Positions 28,154-37,625 of a DNA stretch of 62,136 nt are shown one piece after another; the stretch's first letter is position 1; each line of letters begins with the position of its first letter. Both the position numbers and the translations under genes were made by a program. The stretch spans positions 1 to 62,136 of the forward strand of contig JAZQRZ010000212.1 in assembly GCA_045629845.1 (NCBI GenBank). The letters run 5' to 3'. The notes below the pieces were generated by a model that saw nothing but the letters and a program-made list of their open reading frames with translations, was not told the DNA's origin and made no database searches. The stretch comes from Eggerthellaceae bacterium (GTDB lineage: Bacteria; Actinomycetota; Coriobacteriia; Coriobacteriales; Eggerthellaceae).

Positions 28154-28208
28154 TCAGTTCCTCCTTGTATAGACAAGACGAATAGCCTTGCCTTACAGCA
28201 AGCCTTTC

Positions 28209-28628
28209 TTACACCAACTTGCCGTTGCAGTGATCAATCATGTGCTGCAGAATTTGCGCTGTCCAACCACGGCACTCTTTCTTGCGAGGAATAAGCGTGC
28301 CATCAACTAATTCCTGGTAAGTAAAGGTAGCTTGATCAAAACGAGTGACTTTCGACGTATCTTCGCGCGTCAGACAGCCTTCTTCCACGCGAGCGGGACG
28401 AAGTGCACGTTTCATAGCAGGGTTAAACATGACATGCGCACGGTCTTTGTCATCCTTATAGACAATAACAGCCTTAGTAACACCAATCTGATTAGCGGCC
28501 AAGCAAGCGGCATCTTCAATGGATTCCAAGGTATCAAGCAAATCCTGCGCAAGCTCTGCATCTTCCGCTGTTGCAGCTTCACACGGTGTAGACAGCAATG
28601 CTTCGTCCGTTACTAATTCTTTAATCAT
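28209..28628 (-). CDS. short peptide-deformylase-like protein with altered active-site motifs
   Basis: The three PDF motifs are recognisable but altered: CLAANQIG (usual GxGLAAxQ), EEGCLT (usual EGCLS) and QHMIDHCNG (usual QHExDH). 139 aa. Its stop lies 55 nt upstream of the COG0523 gene. Confidence 0.75.
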   Translation of the reverse strand: MIKELVTDEALLSTPCEAATAEDAELAQDLLDTLESIEDAACLAANQIGVTKAVIVYKDDKDRAHVMFNPAMKRALRPARVEEGCLTREDTSKVTRFDQATFTYQELVDGTLIPRKKECRGWTAQILQHMIDHCNGKLV

Positions 28629-28702
28629 TCAAGCTCCTTATTCGTGGATGTCATGCTATCGTACCACGCTCCAAAGCCTCTGAAGCATGTTACCCTGTGT
28701 AT

Positions 28703-29617
28703 ATGAGCTACCGAGAAGACGAAAGGCGTTGGAAGCGCATCCAAGACATGCTTGCTGCCGAAGCAAGCGGCAAAACAGTGCAGCCTGTCGTATCACAGCG
28801 TACCCTGTTTGGTATTCCTTCAACCGTTGAACAAACTATCGAACGCATTGTGTCGGAAGATGAAGAAGAGCGTCGTAAAAAGCGCCAGATTAATACCCTG
28901 AAAGCGTCTTGCAACATGCCAGATGAATTACTTGATAAAGCTCTACAAGAAGCTAAAGCTGCAGGTCTTAATCTATTATGCGATGAAGACGGAATTGCTC
29001 TTAGCGATGAGACTATGACACTGCACGGTGACTTTACTCGCATGATTCCGCGCCTAAAACCTAACCGTCTAAATCATGAGCTTCTTGTTAAAGCAGCCCG
29101 CATAAAGGGGGAACACTCTTCCCTTTCTGCCATAGATGCCACAGCTGGCCTTGGGGAAGATTCACTTCTGCTGGCCGCTGCAGGCTTTACTGTCACTTTG
29201 TTCGAACGCAATGCCGTCATAGCAGTCTTACTACAAAGCGCCATTGAAAAAGCCTGCCATAATCCTGAACTAGCAGAACCTGCATCGCGCATGAATCTTA
29301 TTGCTGGAAACAGCATTGAAGCACTTCAAACGAAGAATTATTCGGCCGACATCGTATTGCTTGACCCCATGTTTCCTCAACGCCAGAAAAGTGCTGCAGT
29401 AAAAAAGAAGCTTCAACTTTTACAGCACCTAGAGCAACCATGCGAAGACGAAGAAGTGCTCTTTGAAGCCGCCCTTTTAACACACCCTCGGAAAGTAATC
29501 GTTAAACGCCCAGCAAAAGGACCACTATTAGCAGAACGCACCCCAAGCTATTCTCTTTCTGGGAAAGCAGTACGCTTTGACTGCTACGCCTTGGGCGACC
29601 ACCGTAAAATCGACTAA
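28703..29617 (+). CDS. rsmJ: RsmJ-like class I SAM-dependent (16S rRNA m2G) methyltransferase with an N-terminal extension
   Basis: IDATAGLGEDSLLLAAAGFTVTLFERN...VLLDPMFPQRQKSAAVKKKLQ closely parallels E. coli RsmJ (DATAGLGRD...YLDPMFPHKQKSALVKKEM). The start may be the GTG at 28697 or the ATG at 28703. Confidence 0.8.
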   Translation: MSYREDERRWKRIQDMLAAEASGKTVQPVVSQRTLFGIPSTVEQTIERIVSEDEEERRKKRQINTLKASCNMPDELLDKALQEAKAAGLNLLCDEDGIALSDETMTLHGDFTRMIPRLKPNRLNHELLVKAARIKGEHSSLSAIDATAGLGEDSLLLAAAGFTVTLFERNAVIAVLLQSAIEKACHNPELAEPASRMNLIAGNSIEALQTKNYSADIVLLDPMFPQRQKSAAVKKKLQLLQHLEQPCEDEEVLFEAALLTHPRKVIVKRPAKGPLLAERTPSYSLSGKAVRFDCYALGDHRKID

Positions 29618-29703
29618 TTTCCACAGAGAAGTTACTGTTCAAGCCGTTAGCGACCCCTGTTTGCAGTTATAATGCAGGCGCGAAAACTACGAGAGGGGCA
29701 CGC

Positions 29704-30321
29704 ATGAAAGTCTTAATGATTAATGGTAGTCCGCGTCCGAATAGCAACACCCAAATTGCATTAGATGAAATGACTGTTGTCTTTTCATCCGAAGGCATCG
29801 AAACGGAATGCATCTCTATCGGCAAAGACGTCATTCGCGGATGCATGGCATGCGGCGGCTGCTCAAAACTTGGAAAGTGCGTTTTCGACGATATCGTGAA
29901 CGAGATTGCTCTTAAATTTGAAGAAGCAGATGGCTTGGTTCTAGCCAGTCCTGTTTATTATGCTTCAGCAAATGGCACGCTTATCAGCCTGCTCGACCGC
30001 CTGTTCTACAGCACCAAGTTCGATAAAACCATGAAGGTAGGCGCTGCTGTTGCCTGCGCTCGTCGCGGCGGCATTACCGCCACCTGGGATGAACTGAACA
30101 AGTACTTTGGTATTGCTGGCATGCCTATCGCAACAGGGCAATACTGGAACGGCATCCACGGGCGTCTGCCAGGCGAATCAGCGGAAGACGGCGAAGGTCT
30201 GCAACAAATGCGCACCACGGCTCACAACATGGCCTTCCTCATTAAATCGATTGCACTTGGCCGTGAAAAATATGGCCTACCCCAACGCGAACAAGGACAG
30301 ATGACTAATTTCATTCGCTAG
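29704..30321 (+). CDS. flavodoxin-like fold NAD(P)H-dependent FMN reductase / iron-sulfur flavoprotein-like
   Basis: MKVLMINGSPRPNSNT flavodoxin-like N-terminus with a compact Cys cluster (CMACGGCSKLGKC). Confidence 0.8.
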   Translation: MKVLMINGSPRPNSNTQIALDEMTVVFSSEGIETECISIGKDVIRGCMACGGCSKLGKCVFDDIVNEIALKFEEADGLVLASPVYYASANGTLISLLDRLFYSTKFDKTMKVGAAVACARRGGITATWDELNKYFGIAGMPIATGQYWNGIHGRLPGESAEDGEGLQQMRTTAHNMAFLIKSIALGREKYGLPQREQGQMTNFIR

Positions 30322-30380
30322 TAAGGTATAAATAGCGCCAGAAATAAAAGCGTCTTTTGCTGTCATAAGGAACAAAAAAC

Positions 30381-30893
30381 ATGAAACTTGTTATCGCATC
30401 CGATATTCACGGTTCAGCAAAGTGGTGCGCAGAAACACTGCGCGTTGTTGAAGAACTAGCACCAGATAAGCTTTTACTACTTGGCGACATCTTGTATCAC
30501 GGACCGCGCAATCCCCTGCCCGACGAATACTCCCCCAAAGACGTAGCCGCAATGCTTAACAACTATGCAGATAGCATTATTGCCGTTCGTGGCAACTGTG
30601 ATGCCGAAGTTGATCAGATGATGCTTGACTTCCCCTGCATGGCTGATTACACGTGGATTGTTGACGGTACTCAGCAGCTGTATTGCACCCACGGACATCT
30701 TTGGGATCCCGAAAACTTACCTCAGCTGCCCGCTAGTGCTGCTTTTATTTATGGTCACTTCCATATTAAACGCAACGAAATTGTTAACGGAATAAGGCTC
30801 TTTAACCCCGGAAGTATTGGTCTGCCCAAGGATGGTAGCCACAGCCTTGGTGTTTACGAAAACGGTGAATTCACGTTGCGGGAACTCTCATAA
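30381..30893 (+). CDS. YfcE-family metallophosphoesterase (phosphodiesterase)
   Basis: Metallophosphoesterase motifs DIHGS, GDILYHGPRN, GNCD and HGH. 170 aa. Confidence 0.85.
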   Translation: MKLVIASDIHGSAKWCAETLRVVEELAPDKLLLLGDILYHGPRNPLPDEYSPKDVAAMLNNYADSIIAVRGNCDAEVDQMMLDFPCMADYTWIVDGTQQLYCTHGHLWDPENLPQLPASAAFIYGHFHIKRNEIVNGIRLFNPGSIGLPKDGSHSLGVYENGEFTLRELS

Positions 30894-30915
30894 TCGCAAC
30901 ATGCAAAAACTATTG

Positions 30916-32085
30916 CTAGCGATGCCTTCCGTGTACAAAGTGATACAACACTGCAGCAAGAGCAGCTAAACCAGCAAGAATAAGGTAGCTAACGCTGTAA
31001 CCAACAAAGGGAATAACTGCACCAATAAGCACCGGACCAACACCTGTGCCTAAATCCATACTCATGAAGAATGTTGAGTTGGCTTTACCCAATTCATGCG
31101 GCATTGTATCGCGTGCGATAACAGCCTGAACGATTGACTGCGTGGCTCCGATACCAAAACCAGCAAAAGCTGCAGACGCCAACAATAACGCCCCATTAGC
31201 CGCAAAAGCCAAAACAATAAAACCAACAACAAGAGAAGCAAAGCAAACGTAGATGGTTGAGTTTTCACCCTTACGATCAACGCGTCTTCCTACAGGTGGA
31301 CGACTGATAAGAATAACGATGGCATACACCACAAAGTAAAGACTAACTGCATCGGAAAGCCCCCGATAGTCAGCGTAAGACGTTACAAAAGACAGGATGC
31401 CTGAATACCCCAGGTACACAAAGAATAAAACAGAAGCTAACGGAACAACGGACATCTGCACTAAGGAGCTAAGCCCCTTAGTTGCCTTCATATGATAGGC
31501 TTCAAGATGCTCTGCATCAGCGGGCGGAATATCTACGAATAAGACGCTGACTAAAGCCACAACAGCAATTGTTGCAGCAACAGCAAACATAGGAACATAG
31601 CCACCAAAGAAATTTGTTACGAAGATAGCTACAAAAGGCCCAACACCTGTTGCAAGAGCCTGCATCATCGAAAAATAGCCAATACCTTCACCGTATCGAT
31701 CGCGTGGAATAACAAGCGCTGCACCAGCTGCTGCGGAACCAGACATGAGAGCAAAGCTAAACCCTTGCGCCACACGAACAACCATAAGCGCCGCAAAAGG
31801 CATAGGGATAAGATACAAAATCATACAGGCTGCATTAATTGCTGTTCCGATAGCAAGCGAACGCCTTACACCCCAACTATCAATACGACCACCAAAGAAT
31901 AGACGCGTTAATAAAGCAGCAATAACAAAGGCTGAAACCGTAAGAGCCGCAATCGACTGGGCCAATCCATAAGAGTCAACTGCAAACTCGGTGATTTTAA
32001 CCATGATGAGGTAAAACGAAAGCGCCGAGCAGAAGTTCACCCCCATAAGCACGATAAACGTGCGCGTCCATAACTTCTCGTTCAA
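30916..32085 (-). CDS. MFS transporter
   Basis: 389 aa with about 12 hydrophobic segments. TTG start after AAGGGGAAG. Confidence 0.85.
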   Translation of the reverse strand: MNEKLWTRTFIVLMGVNFCSALSFYLIMVKITEFAVDSYGLAQSIAALTVSAFVIAALLTRLFFGGRIDSWGVRRSLAIGTAINAACMILYLIPMPFAALMVVRVAQGFSFALMSGSAAAGAALVIPRDRYGEGIGYFSMMQALATGVGPFVAIFVTNFFGGYVPMFAVAATIAVVALVSVLFVDIPPADAEHLEAYHMKATKGLSSLVQMSVVPLASVLFFVYLGYSGILSFVTSYADYRGLSDAVSLYFVVYAIVILISRPPVGRRVDRKGENSTIYVCFASLVVGFIVLAFAANGALLLASAAFAGFGIGATQSIVQAVIARDTMPHELGKANSTFFMSMDLGTGVGPVLIGAVIPFVGYSVSYLILAGLAALAAVLYHFVHGRHR

Positions 32086-32121
32086 CGCTTCCCCTTGTTT
32101 ACCCCTCTTTTTCGAAGATGC

Positions 32122-32709
32122 TTATCCATGAAAGGTATCTTCGGTTATTACATAGTCAACTGGCTTATCATACTCGCCAATAACCCCTTGCGTACGAAGA
32201 TTATCAACAAGCTGGATACTTCGGCAAAGACCAAAAGACAAGCCGCTAAACTGCGCAAGGAACGTATCGTAGAAACCTCCACCATAACCAAGGCGATATC
32301 CCTGCAGGTCAAAAGCTAAACCTGGTACCAATGCAAGCGCATTTTCATCAGAAGAGGGAATGTATTCAACTGAGGAGTCTTCGAGTGGCTCTTCAACTCC
32401 AAAAGAACTTTTCTGAAGCCCCGTAAAACTTTCGATTTGAAACCAACGCATAGTGCGCAAACCCACACAACGCGGAGCGAAAACAGCTTTTCCAGCATCC
32501 CATGCGTACTGAATAAGGTGACGTGTATCAACCTCAAAACCCATAGATACATAGGTCAATACCTGTTCGGCCTCTTGAAACTGCAGCGTATCACAGACGC
32601 GCTTGCATATAGCGCTATCGATTTGCAAACGTTCTGCATCGGAAAGCGCCTTACGTACCGTGCGCATTCGTACGCGAAGTTGGTCTTTATTAAGGTTGAT
32701 ATCAGTCAT
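32122..32709 (-). CDS. 5-formyltetrahydrofolate cyclo-ligase
   Basis: LRVRMRTVRKALSDAERLQIDSAI...LVPGLAFDLQGYRLGYGGGFYD is typical of MTHFS. The track ORF is N-terminally over-extended into the ROK gene. I trimmed it to the ATG at 32709, 5 nt after the ROK stop. Confidence 0.88.
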   Translation of the reverse strand: MTDINLNKDQLRVRMRTVRKALSDAERLQIDSAICKRVCDTLQFQEAEQVLTYVSMGFEVDTRHLIQYAWDAGKAVFAPRCVGLRTMRWFQIESFTGLQKSSFGVEEPLEDSSVEYIPSSDENALALVPGLAFDLQGYRLGYGGGFYDTFLAQFSGLSFGLCRSIQLVDNLRTQGVIGEYDKPVDYVITEDTFHG

Positions 32710-32713
32710 TTCA

Positions 32714-33715
32714 CTACAGGCCGAAATCAGGATCAAGCCAATCTCGTTGAGCCTTGTCGCGTGGAGCAGCCAGCATGGCATAACGAGCAGCACCATACAC
32801 GCCTGCATCACCAAGAAGAGTAGCGCAGCGAATTTCGGTATTAGCACAAGCCTTGAAGCAGTAAGAGCGATACGCTTTTTGAAGCGATTCAAGGTATAAA
32901 TCAGCACCAGCAGCAATACCGCCACCAAGCAAAATGACATCGGGGTCGACAACACATGCCACCTGAGCTAAAGCAAAGCCAAGTTTGTCAGCCATTTCTG
33001 AAAGAGCCCAAGTAGCACGCGGGTCACCTTCGCGAGCAGCATAGAACACAGCAAGTGCATCAGTATCATTTGCGGGAGTATAGCCGCTGTATTTCGAAGG
33101 GTCGAACTGACCCGATTCACTAGCCTCAAGAAAATTCTGAACGATACCACGTGCCGAAGCGTAACGTTCAATACAACCAGCACGACCGCACTTACAGGGG
33201 CGACCACCAGGCACAACAGTCATGTGGCCAACTTCGCCCGCAGCGCCATTACCACCAGAAATAACCTGACCTTCAACAATAAGGCCTGAACCAATGCCTG
33301 AACCCAAGGTAACCAGCAGCACCGATCGTGCGTTTTCGCCAGCCCCCATCCACAGCTCGCCAAGAGCCGCAGCATTAGCATCGTTAAGCACAGCAACTGA
33401 CGGTTTAGACAATGATTGTTCAAGGCACTTCATAAGCAGCGGCCAATCCGCCTTAACATTAGGGGTCATATAGGTGTCATGATTAACAATGCCTGGAATA
33501 GCAAGGCCCACCCCGCCAAGCTCAGACGAATAAATGCCAAGACCATGAACAAATTCAGCAACATTTGCTGCAAATGCTCGGCATGCAACTTTATCAAGCA
33601 AATTAAGCGTGGGCTGGCTTGTACGGCCCGTTAAATTGCCGTAGCCATCAACCAGACCCATCTTTACTGCATTACCACCGTAGTCGATTCCCAGGTAAAG
33701 CTTGCCTTCATCCAT
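32714..33715 (-). CDS. ROK-family sugar kinase (glucokinase-like)
   Basis: LGIDYGGNAVKMGLVD ATP-binding motif and the ROK Zn motif (CKCGRAGCIERYAS). Confidence 0.9.
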   Translation of the reverse strand: MDEGKLYLGIDYGGNAVKMGLVDGYGNLTGRTSQPTLNLLDKVACRAFAANVAEFVHGLGIYSSELGGVGLAIPGIVNHDTYMTPNVKADWPLLMKCLEQSLSKPSVAVLNDANAAALGELWMGAGENARSVLLVTLGSGIGSGLIVEGQVISGGNGAAGEVGHMTVVPGGRPCKCGRAGCIERYASARGIVQNFLEASESGQFDPSKYSGYTPANDTDALAVFYAAREGDPRATWALSEMADKLGFALAQVACVVDPDVILLGGGIAAGADLYLESLQKAYRSYCFKACANTEIRCATLLGDAGVYGAARYAMLAAPRDKAQRDWLDPDFGL

Positions 33716-33746
33716 GAGACCCCTCCGTTCGACACGATTTTAAATA

Positions 33747-34652
33747 CTACGAAAGAAAACTCTCGTTAATAGGTAACCCATACGCCTGAGCAGTAGCGCG
33801 CAAATCAGCATCGCTTATCGAATAAGGCAAATTTGCAGAACCACCTTGTGCAGCACGTGCACGCAAGTACACATCAGCTGCTTTATCGATAGCATTTACA
33901 AGCCCGAATGCTTCATCAAAAGAAGCACCCGATGCAAACACGCCATGCAATTGCCACACGCAAGCCCGGTAAGTACCCATGACTTGAGCAGTTTCTCGTG
34001 CAAGTTCTGCCGATCCAGGCACCTTCCAAGGAATAGCCCCAACACCTTCTGGGAAGGCTACGACACTTTCGGTAACTGACGACCAGAGCAAGCGTGTAAG
34101 CGTGCGAGCATCAGCGGGAACAAGCGACGTAAGCGCAATAACTGCATTCGGATGAGCATGATATAAAACGCGCGACTGACCATTCGTTGCAAGCTTCGAT
34201 ACACCATGAGCCGCAACATGAGCACCTATTTCGCTAGTAGGACGCGCACCATCCTTCAAGCCCCACACAATACGCCACGCTGTACCCGATGTATCGATTT
34301 CGACAATACCCGCATTGGAAACAGGGTCGCTTTTTACGTTGCGCAAAAACTTTCCCGAGCCCGTAACCAATAGATACTCCCCTGCCATTTCGCTGACAGG
34401 AACCTCGAGCTGTACCCACGAGCTGGGCGTGTCGTAGAAAAATGAGCGGGCGGTATTAATATCTGAAGTAGTCAATCGATAGCTAGCGTTACCACCATTG
34501 CACTCGTGATAACCAAGTTCCCAGCCATCCTGGCACATGCGACCAAAGCCGCGAACAAAACCGAGCTGTTCACCCGCTACCGAAGATACGGCACCACGCG
34601 CAGACGCCACACCTCGATCAAGTGTGTCTTGCATGTCCTCGAAAAAACCCAT
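33747..34652 (-). CDS. rhaD: class II aldolase, rhamnulose-1-phosphate aldolase-like
   Basis: Collinear similarity to E. coli RhaD that I recall (NGGN.S.RL, VTGSGKF.RNV, WGL....PTSE..AH, H.H.N..IAL, FPEGVG..PW.VPG, HGVF). Confidence 0.75.
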   Translation of the reverse strand: MGFFEDMQDTLDRGVASARGAVSSVAGEQLGFVRGFGRMCQDGWELGYHECNGGNASYRLTTSDINTARSFFYDTPSSWVQLEVPVSEMAGEYLLVTGSGKFLRNVKSDPVSNAGIVEIDTSGTAWRIVWGLKDGARPTSEIGAHVAAHGVSKLATNGQSRVLYHAHPNAVIALTSLVPADARTLTRLLWSSVTESVVAFPEGVGAIPWKVPGSAELARETAQVMGTYRACVWQLHGVFASGASFDEAFGLVNAIDKAADVYLRARAAQGGSANLPYSISDADLRATAQAYGLPINESFLS

Positions 34653-34704
34653 AGCAACTCTCTTCCGATACGTAACTGCAACAGAAACGAGTCACAAGCG
34701 CAGC

Positions 34705-35538
34705 TTATTTCTGGCTGTGTTGTGCTGGTAAACCCTGTTGCGGCAACTTCTTTTTCATGGCGTAAATAAGCACACCAATACCAACAATGATAAGCGGCAC
34801 CGAAAGCACCTGCCCCATCGTTAACCAATCGCCGTATAAGTAGCCAAGCTGCACATCTGGCTGACGAACAAATTCAACAAGGAACCTGAAGCACCCATAC
34901 ATAATAAGAAAAACGCCAAAGAATGTGCCTCGCGGGCGCGGAGGCTGTTTACGAGAAAGAATAAAGAGCACTAGAAAGATTACGACGCCTTCAAGCAGCG
35001 CTTCATAAAGCTGCGAAGGATGTCGAGGCATCATACCAGCCGATCCGCCGAAAACAACACCCCACGGCAAGTCGGTGTAGTCACCCCATAATTCACCATT
35101 AATAAAGTTCGCGCAGCGACCCAAAAACAGACCGATAGGCGCTGCGATACAACCCATATCAGCAAGCGTTAGATACGGAATATGAGTTAGCTTAGCCGCA
35201 ACAATACCTGCTATCAAAGCCCCGATTAAACCGCCATGAAAACTCATGCCACCCTGATTAATCGCAAGGATTTCAACTGGATTCTTAAGGTATTCGCCGT
35301 TTCCGTAAAACAAGCAATAGCCAAGACGCGCACCAACGATAACGCCAACGATGACACAACAAATAATGGTGAGCAACGCATCAGTATCGAAGCGCAGCTT
35401 CCAACGCTTTGCAATGCGCGACATAAGCAAAGCGGCGAAGATAAATCCAAGAATATAAGCAATACCATACCATCGGACCGCGAATGGTCCGATGGTAAAA
35501 GCTACAGGATCAAGGCTATGATAAAAATCGTTGAGCAT
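34705..35538 (-). CDS. lgt: prolipoprotein diacylglyceryl transferase
   Basis: Lgt motifs RWYGIAYILGF, GGMSFHGGLIGA and GRCANFINGELWG. The start is trimmed to the ATG at 35538. Confidence 0.92.
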   Translation of the reverse strand: MLNDFYHSLDPVAFTIGPFAVRWYGIAYILGFIFAALLMSRIAKRWKLRFDTDALLTIICCVIVGVIVGARLGYCLFYGNGEYLKNPVEILAINQGGMSFHGGLIGALIAGIVAAKLTHIPYLTLADMGCIAAPIGLFLGRCANFINGELWGDYTDLPWGVVFGGSAGMMPRHPSQLYEALLEGVVIFLVLFILSRKQPPRPRGTFFGVFLIMYGCFRFLVEFVRQPDVQLGYLYGDWLTMGQVLSVPLIIVGIGVLIYAMKKKLPQQGLPAQHSQK

Positions 35539-35539
35539 G

Positions 35540-35761
35540 CTAATGTTCACGCCCCATGCCAGCACCTACTTCGATAGCTGCGAACTGTACTTCTTCGAGC
35601 ATATCGGAAGGGATGGCACGCAAGCTTGACACTCGTGAACCGCAGGCGGCACAGCGCACTGTAAACAGAGCGCAATCAGATGTTACGACCATCATGGATT
35701 CGTAATTATGTACATCCAAATTTACTGAGCCGCAATTCGGGCAGTTCATCTGGTCAGTCAT
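35540..35761 (-). CDS. small zinc-ribbon protein (73 aa)
   Basis: CPNCGS...CAACGS pattern. Its stop abuts the lgt start. Confidence 0.5.
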   Translation of the reverse strand: MTDQMNCPNCGSVNLDVHNYESMMVVTSDCALFTVRCAACGSRVSSLRAIPSDMLEEVQFAAIEVGAGMGREH

Positions 35762-35769
35762 AAATAAGC

Positions 35770-36012
35770 TTATTCGGCGATATCTTCAGCCGGAACAACG
35801 CGCGTTACACCAGGAACACGCTCTTTCAGGATGCGCTCGATGCCATTTGCAAGTGTCATCTGGGAAAGCGGGCAACCCTTGCAAGCACCAGTAAGTTCGA
35901 CTGCAACCGTGCCGTCTTCAAGCACGTCAACCAGCGTAACATCGCCACCATCAGCCATAAGGCTAGGACGGATAAGTTCGAGTACTGCTGCTACATCATT
36001 TTTGTCTACCAT
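35770..36012 (-). CDS. NifU-like (NifU C-terminal domain) Fe-S cluster protein
   Basis: IRPSLMADGGDVTLVDV...GACKGCPLSQMTL carries the CxxC motif of the NifU C-terminal family. ATG after GGAG. Confidence 0.85.
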   Translation of the reverse strand: MVDKNDVAAVLELIRPSLMADGGDVTLVDVLEDGTVAVELTGACKGCPLSQMTLANGIERILKERVPGVTRVVPAEDIAE

Positions 36013-36122
36013 GAATACTCCTAACATCATGTTTTCTCTTGTCTTGATTCTAACAGAACGACCCCGCCAGTTTCTTCTGGCACGAAAAGAATGGATGCGT
36101 AATAAATGAGCCTACTTAGCTA

Positions 36123-37622
36123 TTAAACGAAAGGCTTGTAGTCACTACCGACAATGACGAGGACATCAGGTTCGAAGGAATAGTAGATATCACCTTCAAC
36201 AGCGCGCCCAACGCCAAGCGCTTCGATAACCGCCTTTGCACGACCAATCCCTTGCCCTTCGGCACTCTTGTAAACTACCAAGGTTTCGTCATAGACAGGC
36301 TGTTCAGCATTACCTGATTTAACAACGTTAAACCCAGCCTTTACCAAGGCATCAGCTGTTAGAGCGGCAGCGCCAGTGATATTGGTGCCATTTTGGACCT
36401 CGACGGTAAAGCTAGCAGGATCAGCAGCCTTTACATCTTTTGAGCTGTCGACATCGGGAGCTTTACCTTCTTCAAGTGATTCGATAATAGAAGCCATATC
36501 GTTTGATGAACCAACATACAAAGCATCACCCGTATCAACAACGCCCGTAACTTCGGTAAGGTAACCCGGAAGCACCGTACGTGTGATAGAGCTATCGGAG
36601 AGTTCGCTAATCCAGCTTTGCAGCGACTCAAGATCGCTTAGTGATAAATCGGTTTGGAAGTAAGCATCAATCGAATCTAAGCGCGTAGCAAAATTGCCTT
36701 CGCTTTTGAAGATTTGCTCCAGCAAAGTGGCAGCAAAATCAGCCTGGTGCTGAAGCTGATCGGTTGTTCCCAAACGCAGGTTATCAGTGCGCAAATACGT
36801 AATAGCTGCGGCACCATTTAAGGTATAAGTACCTTCAGGCAGATACACATCGCCAGCATGAGGGTCGTCGATTGTTTGGTCAACATACGTTTCGACGCCA
36901 CCCAAAGCGTCAACAATGCCTTCTACCCCGCCATCTGCAACCTTCACATAATGCGAGATATCCACCTTTGCAAAAGAAGAAACGGCGCTGATTAGAGCCG
37001 CATCGCCCTTTTGAGCCAAATCACCCACACGTTTCATGCCATTTTCAGTTGAAACCTGCAATGCAGCAGGAATCGTAACAAGCGCTAAAGTATGGTTTTC
37101 GCGGTCGACGCGCGTTAGATACAGCACATCGGGACCTTCGTGATTAAGCGGTTCAGCAACAGCGCCTAAATCAACCGCAATAAGCGCATAATACGGTTCG
37201 TCCGAGCGAACCGACACAAGTGCTTCTGCAGCATTTGAATCACGCAGCGCCATAGATGAGCCAACCGAGCCACGGAACGCGAAAAAGCCCGCTAGCAGCG
37301 CAAGTGCCACGATGGCAGCAACGATAATGAAACCAACGCCGATACGCTTCGTGCGCGCACGATGCTGCATTGTTTCAACGTAGTGACGTTGCGGAGCACG
37401 GCTGCGATGCGCACCACGAGCGCCGCTGCCCTGGGTGCCAGGGCTAATGTATTCAACGTCACCATAACTTGATCGCCTACTAGGACGACCAGACGCCGTG
37501 GAGTACCCGCTACGTGATGACCGAGAAGAGCGCTGAACATGCGACCCAATGGTTGCATCATGTATGTCGCGCGAAACGCGTTTAGATTGTCTTGACGAAG
37601 GAACTTTGCGGCGGTTAACCAT
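36123..37622 (-). CDS. LCP (LytR-CpsA-Psr) family cell-wall glycopolymer ligase with a LytR_C domain
   Basis: Basic N-terminus, one TM segment, an LCP core (LYLTRVDRENHTLALVTIP...) and a C-terminal LytR_C-like domain. Directly downstream of murA. Confidence 0.8.
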   Translation of the reverse strand: MVNRRKVPSSRQSKRVSRDIHDATIGSHVQRSSRSSRSGYSTASGRPSRRSSYGDVEYISPGTQGSGARGAHRSRAPQRHYVETMQHRARTKRIGVGFIIVAAIVALALLAGFFAFRGSVGSSMALRDSNAAEALVSVRSDEPYYALIAVDLGAVAEPLNHEGPDVLYLTRVDRENHTLALVTIPAALQVSTENGMKRVGDLAQKGDAALISAVSSFAKVDISHYVKVADGGVEGIVDALGGVETYVDQTIDDPHAGDVYLPEGTYTLNGAAAITYLRTDNLRLGTTDQLQHQADFAATLLEQIFKSEGNFATRLDSIDAYFQTDLSLSDLESLQSWISELSDSSITRTVLPGYLTEVTGVVDTGDALYVGSSNDMASIIESLEEGKAPDVDSSKDVKAADPASFTVEVQNGTNITGAAALTADALVKAGFNVVKSGNAEQPVYDETLVVYKSAEGQGIGRAKAVIEALGVGRAVEGDIYYSFEPDVLVIVGSDYKPFV

Positions 37623-37625
37623 TGT

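Noticed and set aside
28629-28702. Zur/Fur-type operator upstream of the PDF-like/COG0523 pair
   Set aside because: I could not identify an AT-rich palindrome resembling known Zur boxes, so I make no claim.
32710-32955. 82-aa N-terminal extension of the 5-formyl-THF cyclo-ligase ORF
   Set aside because: It overlaps the 3' end of the ROK kinase gene in another frame. The family similarity begins at the ATG at 32709.
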